From an uncultured Thermoplasmatales archaeon (lineage in GTDB: Archaea; Thermoplasmatota; E2; UBA202; JdFR-43), in NCBI GenBank assembly GCA_965563795.1, contig CBEXJS010000001.1:1-62583 (forward strand): a DNA stretch of 62,583 bases. Reading direction: 5' to 3'. The notes beneath the pieces were generated by a model that had not been told where the DNA came from, searched no databases, and was given only the letters and a program-made list of their open reading frames with translations. This document shows positions 45,988-55,400 of the stretch, one piece after another. Made by a program: the position numbers and the translations under genes. Each line of letters begins with the position of its first letter. Position 1 is the first letter of the stretch.

Positions 45988-47433
45988 TCAAAAAGCTACA
46001 ATGCTTGGCATAAAATTCTTTAAATTTACAACCACTGCCTTGCCAGGATCAGGCATAAAATTCATCATTCTTTGATAATCAGTTTGTGACTGCCATGCAG
46101 ACGCATTTATCATCAATACTCCTCTATAACTATCTACAGCTGTTACATGCACATGTCCTGTTACAAATATATCTGGTATATAATCAATAATTAGGTAATC
46201 TTTCCTTTCAGGTGCTAAAGAGGAAATCCCTCCATAAATAGGGGCGAGATGGCGTCGCCTTAGCATTTCCTTCATTATTTTTGTTGGCTCATTTTGATTC
46301 ATCCCAGGCACGCATGAAGCGAAATCTTGTATGGATTGTCCATGATATGCTAAAATAGTAATACCATTTATTTTCATATAACAAGGATTTCCAATGAACT
46401 CAATATTGCTTGAGGTAAAGAATTCTCTAAGCTCTTTTTCAAAAGCTGGCTGTGGTAAAGCAGGGCGGACAGCATCATGATTGCCTGGCTGTAAGATAAT
46501 TTTAATTCTTTCAGGAATTTGGGATAACTTGTCAGCCAACTCTTCATATTGTTTATAAATATCTTCTATATCCAAATCCTTTTCCTGCCCAGGATAGATT
46601 CCGACGCCTTCTACGTCATCTCCACAAATAATTAAATATTCTATCTTTTCTGCAACTTTTCTCTGTCTCTCACTCCCACTCTTTCCATTAATCCATTTTA
46701 TGAATTTTTCCCATTTATCTTCTAAAAAACTTTTACTCCCTACATGTAAATCAGAAATAAAGGCAATGTATTTCTCCTCATTTGTTAGCTTTTTTTCCTT
46801 TTCCACAGGCAATTCAGGTCTAACAATACTTTTCGCAATGAGCAAATCCCCTTTTCTTTTTCCTACAACACCAATAACCTCATCATTAACAATTGCAGAA
46901 TCAATTTCTCTTGAAACATAAACTGAAATCATATCTTCTTCATCCTCAATTTCAACAATGAGTCCATTTTTTGCATTTCTAACATCTTTGACCAATCCTA
47001 TGGTAGCAATTTCATCATCGCTCCTCCATACTTTTTTAATTGGAACCGCATTTCTCATCTCTTGTCTTTTCCTAAGCATTTTACTTAACTTTTCAAATCT
47101 ATCCTTAAATAACAATACAAAATCTTCCAATCGTCCTTCACAAGTGCTATTTCCTGTTATATCTCTCAATATCTCAAACCCATCCTCATCTATTTTTACA
47201 ACAGGAGCAACTTTTCTTTCAATAGGTTTTATTTTCTCCTCAACTTTTTCCTCTTTAACAAACCTCTTCAAAAAATCAACAGACACAATAAGAGGTTTTG
47301 TATCAAGCTCTTTAATAAATTTTTTACAAAATTCCATACCATTCCCTCTACTAATTAAAAATTCAACTGCATCAGGCTGAATAAGCATGCCTTCCTTTTG
47401 AAATAAATTCACAATTTCCCGCTTCAGATCCAT
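45988..47433 (-). CDS. DNA polymerase II (PolD) small subunit DP1
   Basis: Has calcineurin-like phosphoesterase motifs (SDLHVGS, CGDDVEG, GNHD, GHVH) and an OB-fold region. Length is 481 aa. Confidence 0.8.
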   Translation of the reverse strand: MDLKREIVNLFQKEGMLIQPDAVEFLISRGNGMEFCKKFIKELDTKPLIVSVDFLKRFVKEEKVEEKIKPIERKVAPVVKIDEDGFEILRDITGNSTCEGRLEDFVLLFKDRFEKLSKMLRKRQEMRNAVPIKKVWRSDDEIATIGLVKDVRNAKNGLIVEIEDEEDMISVYVSREIDSAIVNDEVIGVVGKRKGDLLIAKSIVRPELPVEKEKKLTNEEKYIAFISDLHVGSKSFLEDKWEKFIKWINGKSGSERQRKVAEKIEYLIICGDDVEGVGIYPGQEKDLDIEDIYKQYEELADKLSQIPERIKIILQPGNHDAVRPALPQPAFEKELREFFTSSNIEFIGNPCYMKINGITILAYHGQSIQDFASCVPGMNQNEPTKIMKEMLRRRHLAPIYGGISSLAPERKDYLIIDYIPDIFVTGHVHVTAVDSYRGVLMINASAWQSQTDYQRMMNFMPDPGKAVVVNLKNFMPSIVAF

Positions 47434-47440
47434 TTTTTAG

Positions 47441-47766
47441 CCGGCACAGACACGCCACCAAGTGGGCACACGCCACCAAGCATGATTGCCCCAGTACCCT
47501 TCTCAATCCCGCTACCCTCTGAGCACCGGTAGTTTCCGGCTGGGCTGCTCCCTTCCGGGCCTAACCCGTTGGCCGGAATAAAGGCAAAGGAGCAAACCCT
47601 CCAGTTTGCTCCTTTGCCACCTCCAGCCCCAGAGGACGAGATTTCATCGGCAGATACTGGATCATGCTTGGCGACGTATGCCGCCTCGGCAGCTTCGGCT
47701 CCGGCTAAAGACGATTTCCGGTAACAGGGGACGCCTAACCCCCCAGCCTAGTCTGTGCCATTGGCC
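47441..47766 (-). ncRNA. Signal recognition particle RNA (archaeal 7S/SRP RNA)
   Basis: This island of about 326 nt is GC-rich in an AT-rich background. The minus strand contains GGCCCGGAAGGGAGCAGCC, the helix-8 GNAR tetraloop and symmetric loop (cf. E. coli 4.5S GGUCCGGAAGGAAGCAGCC). The 5' GGCACAGAC pairs with the 3' GUCUGUGCC. A TATA-like aaatttatt lies about 25 nt upstream. The ends are approximate. Confidence 0.85.
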
Positions 47767-47795
47767 AAATTAAAAATTTGGTGGAATTAATAAAT

Positions 47796-48053
47796 TTATG
47801 GCTTTTTGAGGAGGAGGAATTGACATCTGAATAGGCGGTAAAATATCCAAGCTAAGGATGCTGTTTGAAATGCAACATCTCTTGCAAATCTCCACATGTA
47901 TTTTTCATATTCTGTTGCATTTCCCCAGTTGTAGCCAGCCATATAAATGTCCTTTGCCATGTATACTGTGGCTATGACAAATATTGCGATGACAATAATG
48001 TCTATGTAGAAAAGTGTTCTGCGCCAACCTTTTTCCATGCAAGAATATGGCAA
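47796..48053 (-). CDS. Small membrane protein (2 TM), hypothetical
   Basis: The 85-aa ORF has two hydrophobic helices. It is mutually exclusive with the 5' extension of track ORF 47865..48443. Confidence 0.35.
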   Translation of the reverse strand: MPYSCMEKGWRRTLFYIDIIVIAIFVIATVYMAKDIYMAGYNWGNATEYEKYMWRFARDVAFQTASLAWIFYRLFRCQFLLLKKP

Positions 48054-48077
48054 ATTGATATAAAAGCTTATACATTT

Positions 48078-48443
48078 TTGAATGTGGATGTTACTGCTGC
48101 AATAATTGAAAAAGATGGCAAAATTCTTATTGCTAAGAGAAAAGAAGGAAAATGGGAATTTCCAGGAGGAAAAGTTGAAAAAGGGGAAAATATAGAAGAA
48201 TGCTTGAAAAGGGAGTTAAAAGAAGAGTTAGGCATAGATGTTAAAGTAAAGAAAAAATTTTGTGTTGTTGAGCATAAATATGATTTTGGCAAAATAAGAT
48301 TGCATGTTTTTGTTGCAGAATGTAATGAAGAGCCAGTTGCAAAGGAGCATTTAGATATAAAATGGGTTAATATGAAAGAATTGCAAAAATATGATTTTAT
48401 GGATGCAGATAAAAAAGTTATAAATATTCTTAAAAACAAATAA
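48078..48443 (+). CDS. NUDIX hydrolase (MutT-like)
   Basis: Carries the Nudix box GGKVEKGENIEECLKRELKEELGI. The homologous part starts near an in-frame TTG at 48078 or GTG at 48084. The upstream 70 codons of the track ORF look non-coding. Confidence 0.65.
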   Translation: MNVDVTAAIIEKDGKILIAKRKEGKWEFPGGKVEKGENIEECLKRELKEELGIDVKVKKKFCVVEHKYDFGKIRLHVFVAECNEEPVAKEHLDIKWVNMKELQKYDFMDADKKVINILKNK

Positions 48444-48508
48444 TGAAAAAATAGCCATTAGAAATTGCATTAACATATTCTGTCCCAATCATTCTATATT
48501 ATTTGGTG

Positions 48509-48573
48509 ATGAAAAAATATTTGCAATGCCATAATGCATGGAAGGGAATTTAATAACAGCACTTCTTTCATTT
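48509..48573 (+). repeat. Unit of the intergenic repeat family in a convergent (3'-3') spacer
   Basis: The sequence is atgaaaaaatatttgcaatgccataatgcatggaagggaatttaataacagcacttctttcattt. Confidence 0.6.
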
Positions 48574-48764
48574 ATTTTTTAATCATTAAATTCTAATCAT
48601 AATACAGCCCATAGAAAACAGTATAGAAGAGAATGGTTAGAAACATAAATAAAACTAAAAAATATTCAATTGGGAACATTACACCATAAATTATGAAAGT
48701 TGTGTATATTGCGAGAGATGTTAGGAAAGATAAGATTATGGGGGCAAATTTTTTCATCAATATT

Positions 48765-49058
48765 TTAGCTGATTGGATATTTCTCCCTATTCTTATTTAT
48801 TTTTTTAATGATTGTTTCTTCGGGTTTTACACCCATATAATAGAAGAAAAGCAAACAATAAATCATAATGTCTGCAATCTCTTCTGCAATCTCCTCCTTC
48901 CCTTTAATCTCATCAAAATTTGGCATTTTCCACTGAAAATGCTCCAACAATTCAGCAGATTCAATTGCTATTGAAATTGCCAAATCTTTTGGATTATGAT
49001 ATTTCTTCCAATCTCTTTCCTCAACAAACTTTAATATTTCTTCCATTAATCTATTCAT
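48765..49058 (-). CDS. MazG-like nucleotide pyrophosphohydrolase (small all-alpha NTP-PPase)
   Basis: The 97-aa ORF has the FVEERDWKKYHNPKDLAISIAIESAELLEHFQW pattern and an EExAD motif (EEIADI). Confidence 0.65.
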   Translation of the reverse strand: MNRLMEEILKFVEERDWKKYHNPKDLAISIAIESAELLEHFQWKMPNFDEIKGKEEIAEEIADIMIYCLLFFYYMGVKPEETIIKKINKNREKYPIS

Positions 49059-49288
49059 AATCTATAATACATCTCAATTTTTAGATTGTTATGCAACAAA
49101 AATAGAATATAATAATAGATAATAGAATTATTAATAATAAATTTTTTATGCTAATGAGTATTGCAACTATTACTTAACTAACTCTACTTAACATCTCCAG
49201 TTCTCATTTCTGTCTCTGCCTAACAAAATCTTGTTTCAAGTATTCATGTTATGCAAAACTTTAATTATTCTTTGCATGATTATATCTG

Positions 49289-50014
49289 ATGATTGGAGAA
49301 TTGGCGAGAAAAGATTTTAAGTTGGTTGATAAAAATGATGAAATAAGTAAAGTTTTTGGCTATTTTTATGGAGAATCAGATTTTCCAATTGTTATGGATG
49401 GAAAAAAACCGTGGGGAATAATTGATGAAAGAAGACTAATAAAAACAAAATTGAGCAAGAAAGAAAAAATTAAAGATTTTGTTGTTGGTGTGCCTAAATT
49501 AGATGCAACATATTCCATTGAAAAAGCAAAACAAAAAATGGTAAAAAGCGGAATCGATACCATTATTGTAACTTCAGAGAAAGATATTTTGGGTTATGTA
49601 AATGCAATAGATTTGATAAAAAAGATTGGTGTGGAGGGTAAAGCAGAAACTTTTATGAGATATATTGAGCCCATTGATGAAAATGAAAGTATTGGAAATG
49701 CAATTAATCAGATGAAAAAAGCAAATGAAAGAATACTCCCCATTTTAACTGGTAAAAAATTTTATGGAATCCTCGGCATAGAGAATATCCTCAGAATAAT
49801 AACAACCCACAAAAAAACAACAGATTATCATCAAGAAAGAACAACCTTGCTTGATGCTCCTGTAAAAGGATATGCAGAGCCTGCAGTTACAAACAATCCA
49901 AATGATGATTTAAAAGATATAATTGATGTTTTAGAGGAGCAAGGTTTTGCTGTTATCTGCAAAAATAAGGAATATCTGGGAATCATAGAACCAATGGATT
50001 TGTTGGCTAGATAA
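49289..50014 (+). CDS. CBS-domain protein (two CBS pairs)
   Basis: The repeated pattern of hydrophobic residues followed by P(V/I) ... G(I/Y)(I/V) is typical of CBS modules. Length is 241 aa. Confidence 0.55.
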   Translation: MIGELARKDFKLVDKNDEISKVFGYFYGESDFPIVMDGKKPWGIIDERRLIKTKLSKKEKIKDFVVGVPKLDATYSIEKAKQKMVKSGIDTIIVTSEKDILGYVNAIDLIKKIGVEGKAETFMRYIEPIDENESIGNAINQMKKANERILPILTGKKFYGILGIENILRIITTHKKTTDYHQERTTLLDAPVKGYAEPAVTNNPNDDLKDIIDVLEEQGFAVICKNKEYLGIIEPMDLLAR

Positions 50015-50015
50015 G

Positions 50016-50327
50016 CTATGCATACATTATATTATCGCTTTTTTCATCATCTACTTTTTTAATTTTTCCTTTCTTTTTCTTTATAAACTTATATTGCTTC
50101 CTTTTCCCAACAAATCTTATATCAAATCTAATTAGCCTAACAAAAGTTTTATCTGGCAATGGCTCTAAAACTAAAATCCCTCTATTTTGCAACTTTAACA
50201 ATTCAGTTTTTGTTCTTTCCTTGCTTATACCCAATTTTTTACTCATTTCTTCCAAAGTAATAGGATATTGACTCTGTAAAATTTTAATGATTCTTTCTTC
50301 CAAAGTCCCTATTTTTATTTCAATCAT
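50016..50327 (-). CDS. Winged-helix DNA-binding protein with a basic tail
   Basis: Has EERIIKILQSQYPITLEEMSKKLGISKERTKTELLKLQNRGIL and a Lys-rich C-terminus. It overlaps the hypD stop by 8 nt. Confidence 0.45.
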   Translation of the reverse strand: MIEIKIGTLEERIIKILQSQYPITLEEMSKKLGISKERTKTELLKLQNRGILVLEPLPDKTFVRLIRFDIRFVGKRKQYKFIKKKKGKIKKVDDEKSDNIMYA

Positions 50328-51381
50328 TTTTATATCTGTACTCTATATTACAAGCTCCTTCTGCAGAAACCATGCAAGGACCAACTGGATTGGAAGGATT
50401 GCAAATTCTACCAAATAAAGGGCAGTCCTGAGGACATATTAATCCTCTAAGCACTTCTCCACACCTACATCCCTTAGGTTCTGGTGGCACTTCCATGTCT
50501 TCTATTAAATCTTCATATATTTTATCTGCGTCAAAATCTTCAAATTTATCCTTTATTTTCATTTTTGATTGTTTTATTACAGGAAAACCCCTCCATTTTG
50601 CATCTGCTGGCTCAAAAACTTCCTTTAAAACCTCTTTTGCCTTTAAATTTCCCTCTTTCTTTACACATCTTATATATTCATTCTCCACCTCATATCTTCC
50701 TTCTTCGATTTGCTTTACAATCATATATACTGCCATTAATACATCCAAGGGCTCGAAACCAGCTATTACATGCGGAATTTTATATTTTTTAGCAATAGGC
50801 TCATATGGCATCATGCCTATAATTGTAGAGACATGCCCAGGACAAATTATCCCATCAATTTTTACTTCTCCCATTCCAAGCAATGCATCTAAAGCAGGAG
50901 GGATATATCGATGGAAGCTAAGCACCGAAAAATTTTTAGGCTCTTTAAGCAAACTTACTGCAGTTGATGGAGCAGTTGTTTCAAAACCAACACCAAGAAA
51001 GATTATTTCCTTTTCCTTAGCCATTTTTATTGCATCATCTATGCTGTAAACAATTTTAACATCTGCTCCATCAGCTCTTACTTTTTCAAGCGATTTTTTT
51101 CCTGCAGGCACTTTTATCATATCTCCAAAAGTAGCAATCGTCTTTCCTTTCTCTGCTAAAAGAATAGCTTTGCTTATTTCCTCAGAAGTAGTAACACATA
51201 CTGGACAACCTGGTCCTTGAATTAACTCAATGCCAATTTTCCTTAATAAGTTATCTAATCCATATTTTACAATAGTATCTTGATGTGTTCCACATACATG
51301 CATTATTTTCAATTTTAAGTTTGCTTTCTTTATTTTTTCCAATAATTTTTCGGCAATATTTCTATCTCTTAATTGTAGCAT
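50320..51381 (-). CDS. hypD: Hydrogenase maturation protein HypD
   Basis: Carries GPGCPVCV, GFETTAP, CPGHVST and the C-terminal Cys cluster. The ATG at 51381 gives MLQLRDRNIAEKL; the track start is GTG 51402. Confidence 0.85.
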   Translation of the reverse strand: MLQLRDRNIAEKLLEKIKKANLKLKIMHVCGTHQDTIVKYGLDNLLRKIGIELIQGPGCPVCVTTSEEISKAILLAEKGKTIATFGDMIKVPAGKKSLEKVRADGADVKIVYSIDDAIKMAKEKEIIFLGVGFETTAPSTAVSLLKEPKNFSVLSFHRYIPPALDALLGMGEVKIDGIICPGHVSTIIGMMPYEPIAKKYKIPHVIAGFEPLDVLMAVYMIVKQIEEGRYEVENEYIRCVKKEGNLKAKEVLKEVFEPADAKWRGFPVIKQSKMKIKDKFEDFDADKIYEDLIEDMEVPPEPKGCRCGEVLRGLICPQDCPLFGRICNPSNPVGPCMVSAEGACNIEYRYKND

Positions 51382-51754
51382 CTTCAATCTCCATCTCAAC
51401 ACTTTTTATATTACATTCTCTCCCTTTTACAATCTCAACATTTTTTCCACAATTTGGGCATTTTAATATAGGAAAATATATATGAAATTCATCTTTAAGT
51501 CCATATTCAACCCCACCTTCATAACCACAATAATTACATTTAATTTTAGCCTTTACATCCTCTATAACAAGCTCAGCTTTTTCCATAATAGTTCCTTCCT
51601 TTAATATATCAAATGCAAATTTTAATTGCTCCTTGCCCAAAAATGTAAGTTCTCCAATCTGTAAAATAACTTTACTTATCTCCTTTGCATTATGCTTTTT
51701 TGCTTCTTCTAGAACTGCATTTACAATTGATTGCATGGTTGAAAACTCATGCAT
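51362..51754 (-). CDS. hypA: Hydrogenase nickel-insertion protein HypA
   Basis: Has the N-terminal MHE nickel site and the zinc site CNYCG ... CPNCG. Length is 130 aa. Confidence 0.85.
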   Translation of the reverse strand: MHEFSTMQSIVNAVLEEAKKHNAKEISKVILQIGELTFLGKEQLKFAFDILKEGTIMEKAELVIEDVKAKIKCNYCGYEGGVEYGLKDEFHIYFPILKCPNCGKNVEIVKGRECNIKSVEMEIEDATIKR

Positions 51755-51962
51755 TTTCTAACAACTCTTCAAAAATTCTTAAAGTTTCCTTAGCATCTTT
51801 TTCATTTAATACTTGTATGGCAAAACCAGCATGAACTATCACATAATCCCCCGGCTTTACATTAACTAAGGAAATATCCACATCTCTTATTATTCCTCCA
51901 TAATCTACCTTTGCCTTATTCTCTTTTATTTCAATAACTTTTGCTGGCACTGCAAGACACAC
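51747..51962 (-). CDS. hypC: Hydrogenase assembly chaperone HypC
   Basis: HypC requires an N-terminal Met-Cys. The GTG at 51962 is followed by TGT CTT GCA, giving (M)CLAVPAKVIEI. The 7-codon upstream extension in the track would bury the essential Cys. Confidence 0.8.
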   Translation of the reverse strand: MCLAVPAKVIEIKENKAKVDYGGIIRDVDISLVNVKPGDYVIVHAGFAIQVLNEKDAKETLRIFEELLENA

Positions 51963-52025
51963 GCTTAGAAAAAACTCTTTCATATATATTGTTTGCTATT
52001 GTTAATGTGAAATTATAAGAAATCA

Positions 52026-52210
52026 AAATGAAATGGATTGTTGTTATAGCTTTTTCATTAACAATAGCAATGCATATTATTCTTTTTCCTGCAATTAGCA
52101 TCTTATATTTATTCAGGAATTTATGGGTTTGTTGAACAAATAGAAGAATTGGCTATCATTGGTTATTATTGCATGGAAGAGAATTTACTATGACACATCC
52201 TATTTCATTT
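52026..52210. repeat. Inverted pair of the intergenic repeat family (about 185 bp, MITE/REP-like)
   Basis: The left unit is 52026-52073 (aaaatgaaatggattgttgttatagctttttcattaacaatagcaatg). The right unit is 52148-52210 (attggctatcattggttattattgcatggaagagaatttactatgacacatcctatttcattt). Confidence 0.7.
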
Positions 52211-52440
52211 AATTTTCGACAGACCCGGAATTTATCAATAGTGACTTGTATATTATTAAGAAATCCCCCTCCTTCAATTTGTAAATTGGCTACAATGCGT
52301 ATAATAAGTCACAATGCAATTATATAAAGGGAATTTACAACATCATTAACAGTTAGGGTTATACAAATAACAAATTTGTTCATTACACAACCTAAATGTT
52401 GCATTTTCAAAAAATTTTTAAGAATTTTTAATATAATCCC

Positions 52441-55400
52441 ATGAAAAAGTTGTTACTTATAATTGGGGTTTTGTTTCTAGTTGCCGTTACAATTCCACTT
52501 GGTTTAGAAGCAGAGCCAGCGCAAAATGCATCAGTTACAATAACATGGACAGATGGCAAGCATAACTATGAAAAAAATACTCTTACAGGTATAAATGGGT
52601 ATTATGAGTTTTCTTTGCCAGTGGGAAATGCAAATATATCTGCAGAATATAGTAAACAAAGAGGAAACGAATATATTACTGTAAGTAATTCAACAGGATA
52701 TTTTGTTGTAGATGGCACAGAATGGAAAAATATTACTCTGCCTGCTTCTCCAGAAGACACAGTTTTAATAAAAGGGCATGTATATGATAATAAAACTGGC
52801 ATGCCTATAGCAAATGCAAATGTGAGTGCTACATTTCATAATGATTTCTTCTATGGGTTTAATTTCACTTTTAGCGATGAAAATGGCTATTATGAATTAT
52901 GGGTTCCGGCATCAAATATAACTATTGGAGCAGTTGCAGGCGGATACTATTATGATGTAAAAATGCTAGGAACTGTTGGAGCTGGTGAAACAAGAAATGT
53001 TGATTTGTGTTTGGAACCATTGGTAGGCATTGTTAAGGGATATATTAAAGATAAGGACACTGCCTTGCCAATAAAAAATGCATATGTTATGATTTTTGGA
53101 AGAAATACATCTTTTGGAAATGTTACATTCAGCAATGATTCAGGCTATTATGAGTTTAGAGTAATTGAAGGAAATATGTCAGTAATGGTTGAAGCAAGTG
53201 ATTATTTTGATGCGATAATACCTCCATTTTATGTTGGGGTTGGAGAAACAAAATGGGTCAATATTACAATGACGCATTTTGTTGATGACAATGCGTGGGT
53301 GGTAGGGCGTGTTTTAGATAAGAATAACCAACCGATATCAAATGCAAACGTTAGTGTTGTTGGTTCTATCACTCTATTTGGAAAAATAGGTGATTTTGTA
53401 AGAGAAGGTAAAACAGATGCAATAGGTCATTACAACATTTCTGTTCCAGCATATGCATTGCCATATGGTATGACAACCATTTATTCTGTTGTAGCAGAAA
53501 AAGAAGGATATTTTGCAAATAGCACCTCAGGCACTATTCAAATCTTTCCAGGAGAAACAAAGTATATGGATGATATTTATCTTGAGCAGAAGCCACCAGA
53601 AAACTGCGTTGTTAAAGGATATGTTTATATAAAGTCAGTGCCAACTAAAAAAATACATTATGTTGGTGGTACTGGATCAGGAAACTACACAACTATACAA
53701 GAAGCAATAAATGCTGCAAGTGATGGCGACATAATAAAAGTTTATCCTGGCACGTACGATGGACCAATTGTTATAAACAAGGAAATAAAGCTTATCGGAG
53801 ACCCTGTCATAGATGGACATGGTGATTATGGAATAAAAATCGAAGCTAATAATACGCTTGTAGAGAATTTCACCGTGTTTAATTGTTCATATGGAATATA
53901 TGCTCGAAATCTCTCCTTCACATTGCATAACATTACCATAAGAAATTGTACAGTTTATGATTGTGAAAATTATGGCATTTGGATGCATTATGCCAACGAT
54001 GTATTTGTTGAAAATAACACCATATACAATGTTTCAATGGCAGGCATAGTCATATGGTATGCAAATGGTGGAGGTATTAAGAATAATGAGATATTTGACA
54101 GTGGAAATGCTTTGCCAATTTCAGGATGTAGCAATTTGGTAATTTCAGGCAATAAAATACATGATAATAGCGGTGATGGAATAAAGATAACTGGTAACTC
54201 AATACACAACAAAATAATAGCAAACCATGTTTATAACAATACAGGATATTATGGCGGAATTTATGTATACACAAGCCATTACAATGAAATAACTGATAAT
54301 CACATCTATAACAATACAAAATATGGAATATATATTGATGGCTCACATGACAATACAATCTCTCACAATTATGTATATAAGAATGGTTACGATGGCATCT
54401 ATCTAACGCAGGATGGCAATAATAACTCCATTTCCTCAAACCCAGTTTATAATAATTCACGGTACGGCATTATTGTATACGGTTCCAATAATACGATCAA
54501 TAATAATAGTATTCATCACAATCAAAACGGCATAGTCATTAAAGATACAGCAACGAATAATAACATAACGCTAAACAAAATGGAGAATAACAGCATATGC
54601 GGAATATATCTTATAGGAGATAGTAATACCGTAAAATCAAATTCTATGATATACAACGGTTATGGCATCCATATATTGGGAAGCAATAATACAATACTCT
54701 CCAATGAAATTGCAAATTGTAATCGTGGCGTATATGTTGGAGAGACAGCAAAAAACAATGAAATAAAAGATAATAACATACAAGATTCATCATCATATGA
54801 AATGCGTATTTATGGTCAAAACAATATATTCACAAATAATACAATCAATTCAACAAAGTTTTCATTTACCTATGGAGGCAATTTAACCATTAAAGATGCT
54901 TCTATGCCAGCATTGCCACCTCCTCACTGGCAGAGCATTGGCAAATTCTTGAAAATAGAAAAGTTGGATAGCAAGCCAGCATGGATGAACATAAGAATTT
55001 ATTATGATGATAGCGATGTTGTTGGCTTATATGAATTTACTCTTAAAATATGGAAATATGCCGGAAGTTGGCAAGAAGATGGATGGAATGGAACCCGTTA
55101 TCTGGATATGATAAACAACATTGTTGGTGTGAATATAACTTCATTCAGCATTTTTGCCCCTCTTGCCATGACACCAAATCATTTGCCTTATGCAACAAAT
55201 CCAAATCCTGTAAATGGAAGCACTGATGTTTCAACAAATCCAACTTTGAGCGTAGTTGTTCATGATGAAGATGGCGATACTTTAAATGTTTCATTCTATG
55301 ATGCTTCCAGTGATACTTTAATTGGCTATGTTGATGGTGTTTTGCCAGGAAATACAGCAAGCATAGTATGGAGTGGTTTGTCGCAAGGAACAACATATTA

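Noticed and set aside
47865-48077. The 5' part of track ORF 47865..48443 (192 aa)
   Set aside because: Its first 70 or so codons overlap the opposite-strand 85-aa membrane ORF and are Cys/His-rich nonsense with no NUDIX homology. The Nudix domain begins only after the in-frame TTG/GTG at 48078/48084.
48693-48974. Track ORF 48693..48974 (+)
   Set aside because: It is antisense to the well-supported MazG-like gene and hydrophobic low-complexity.
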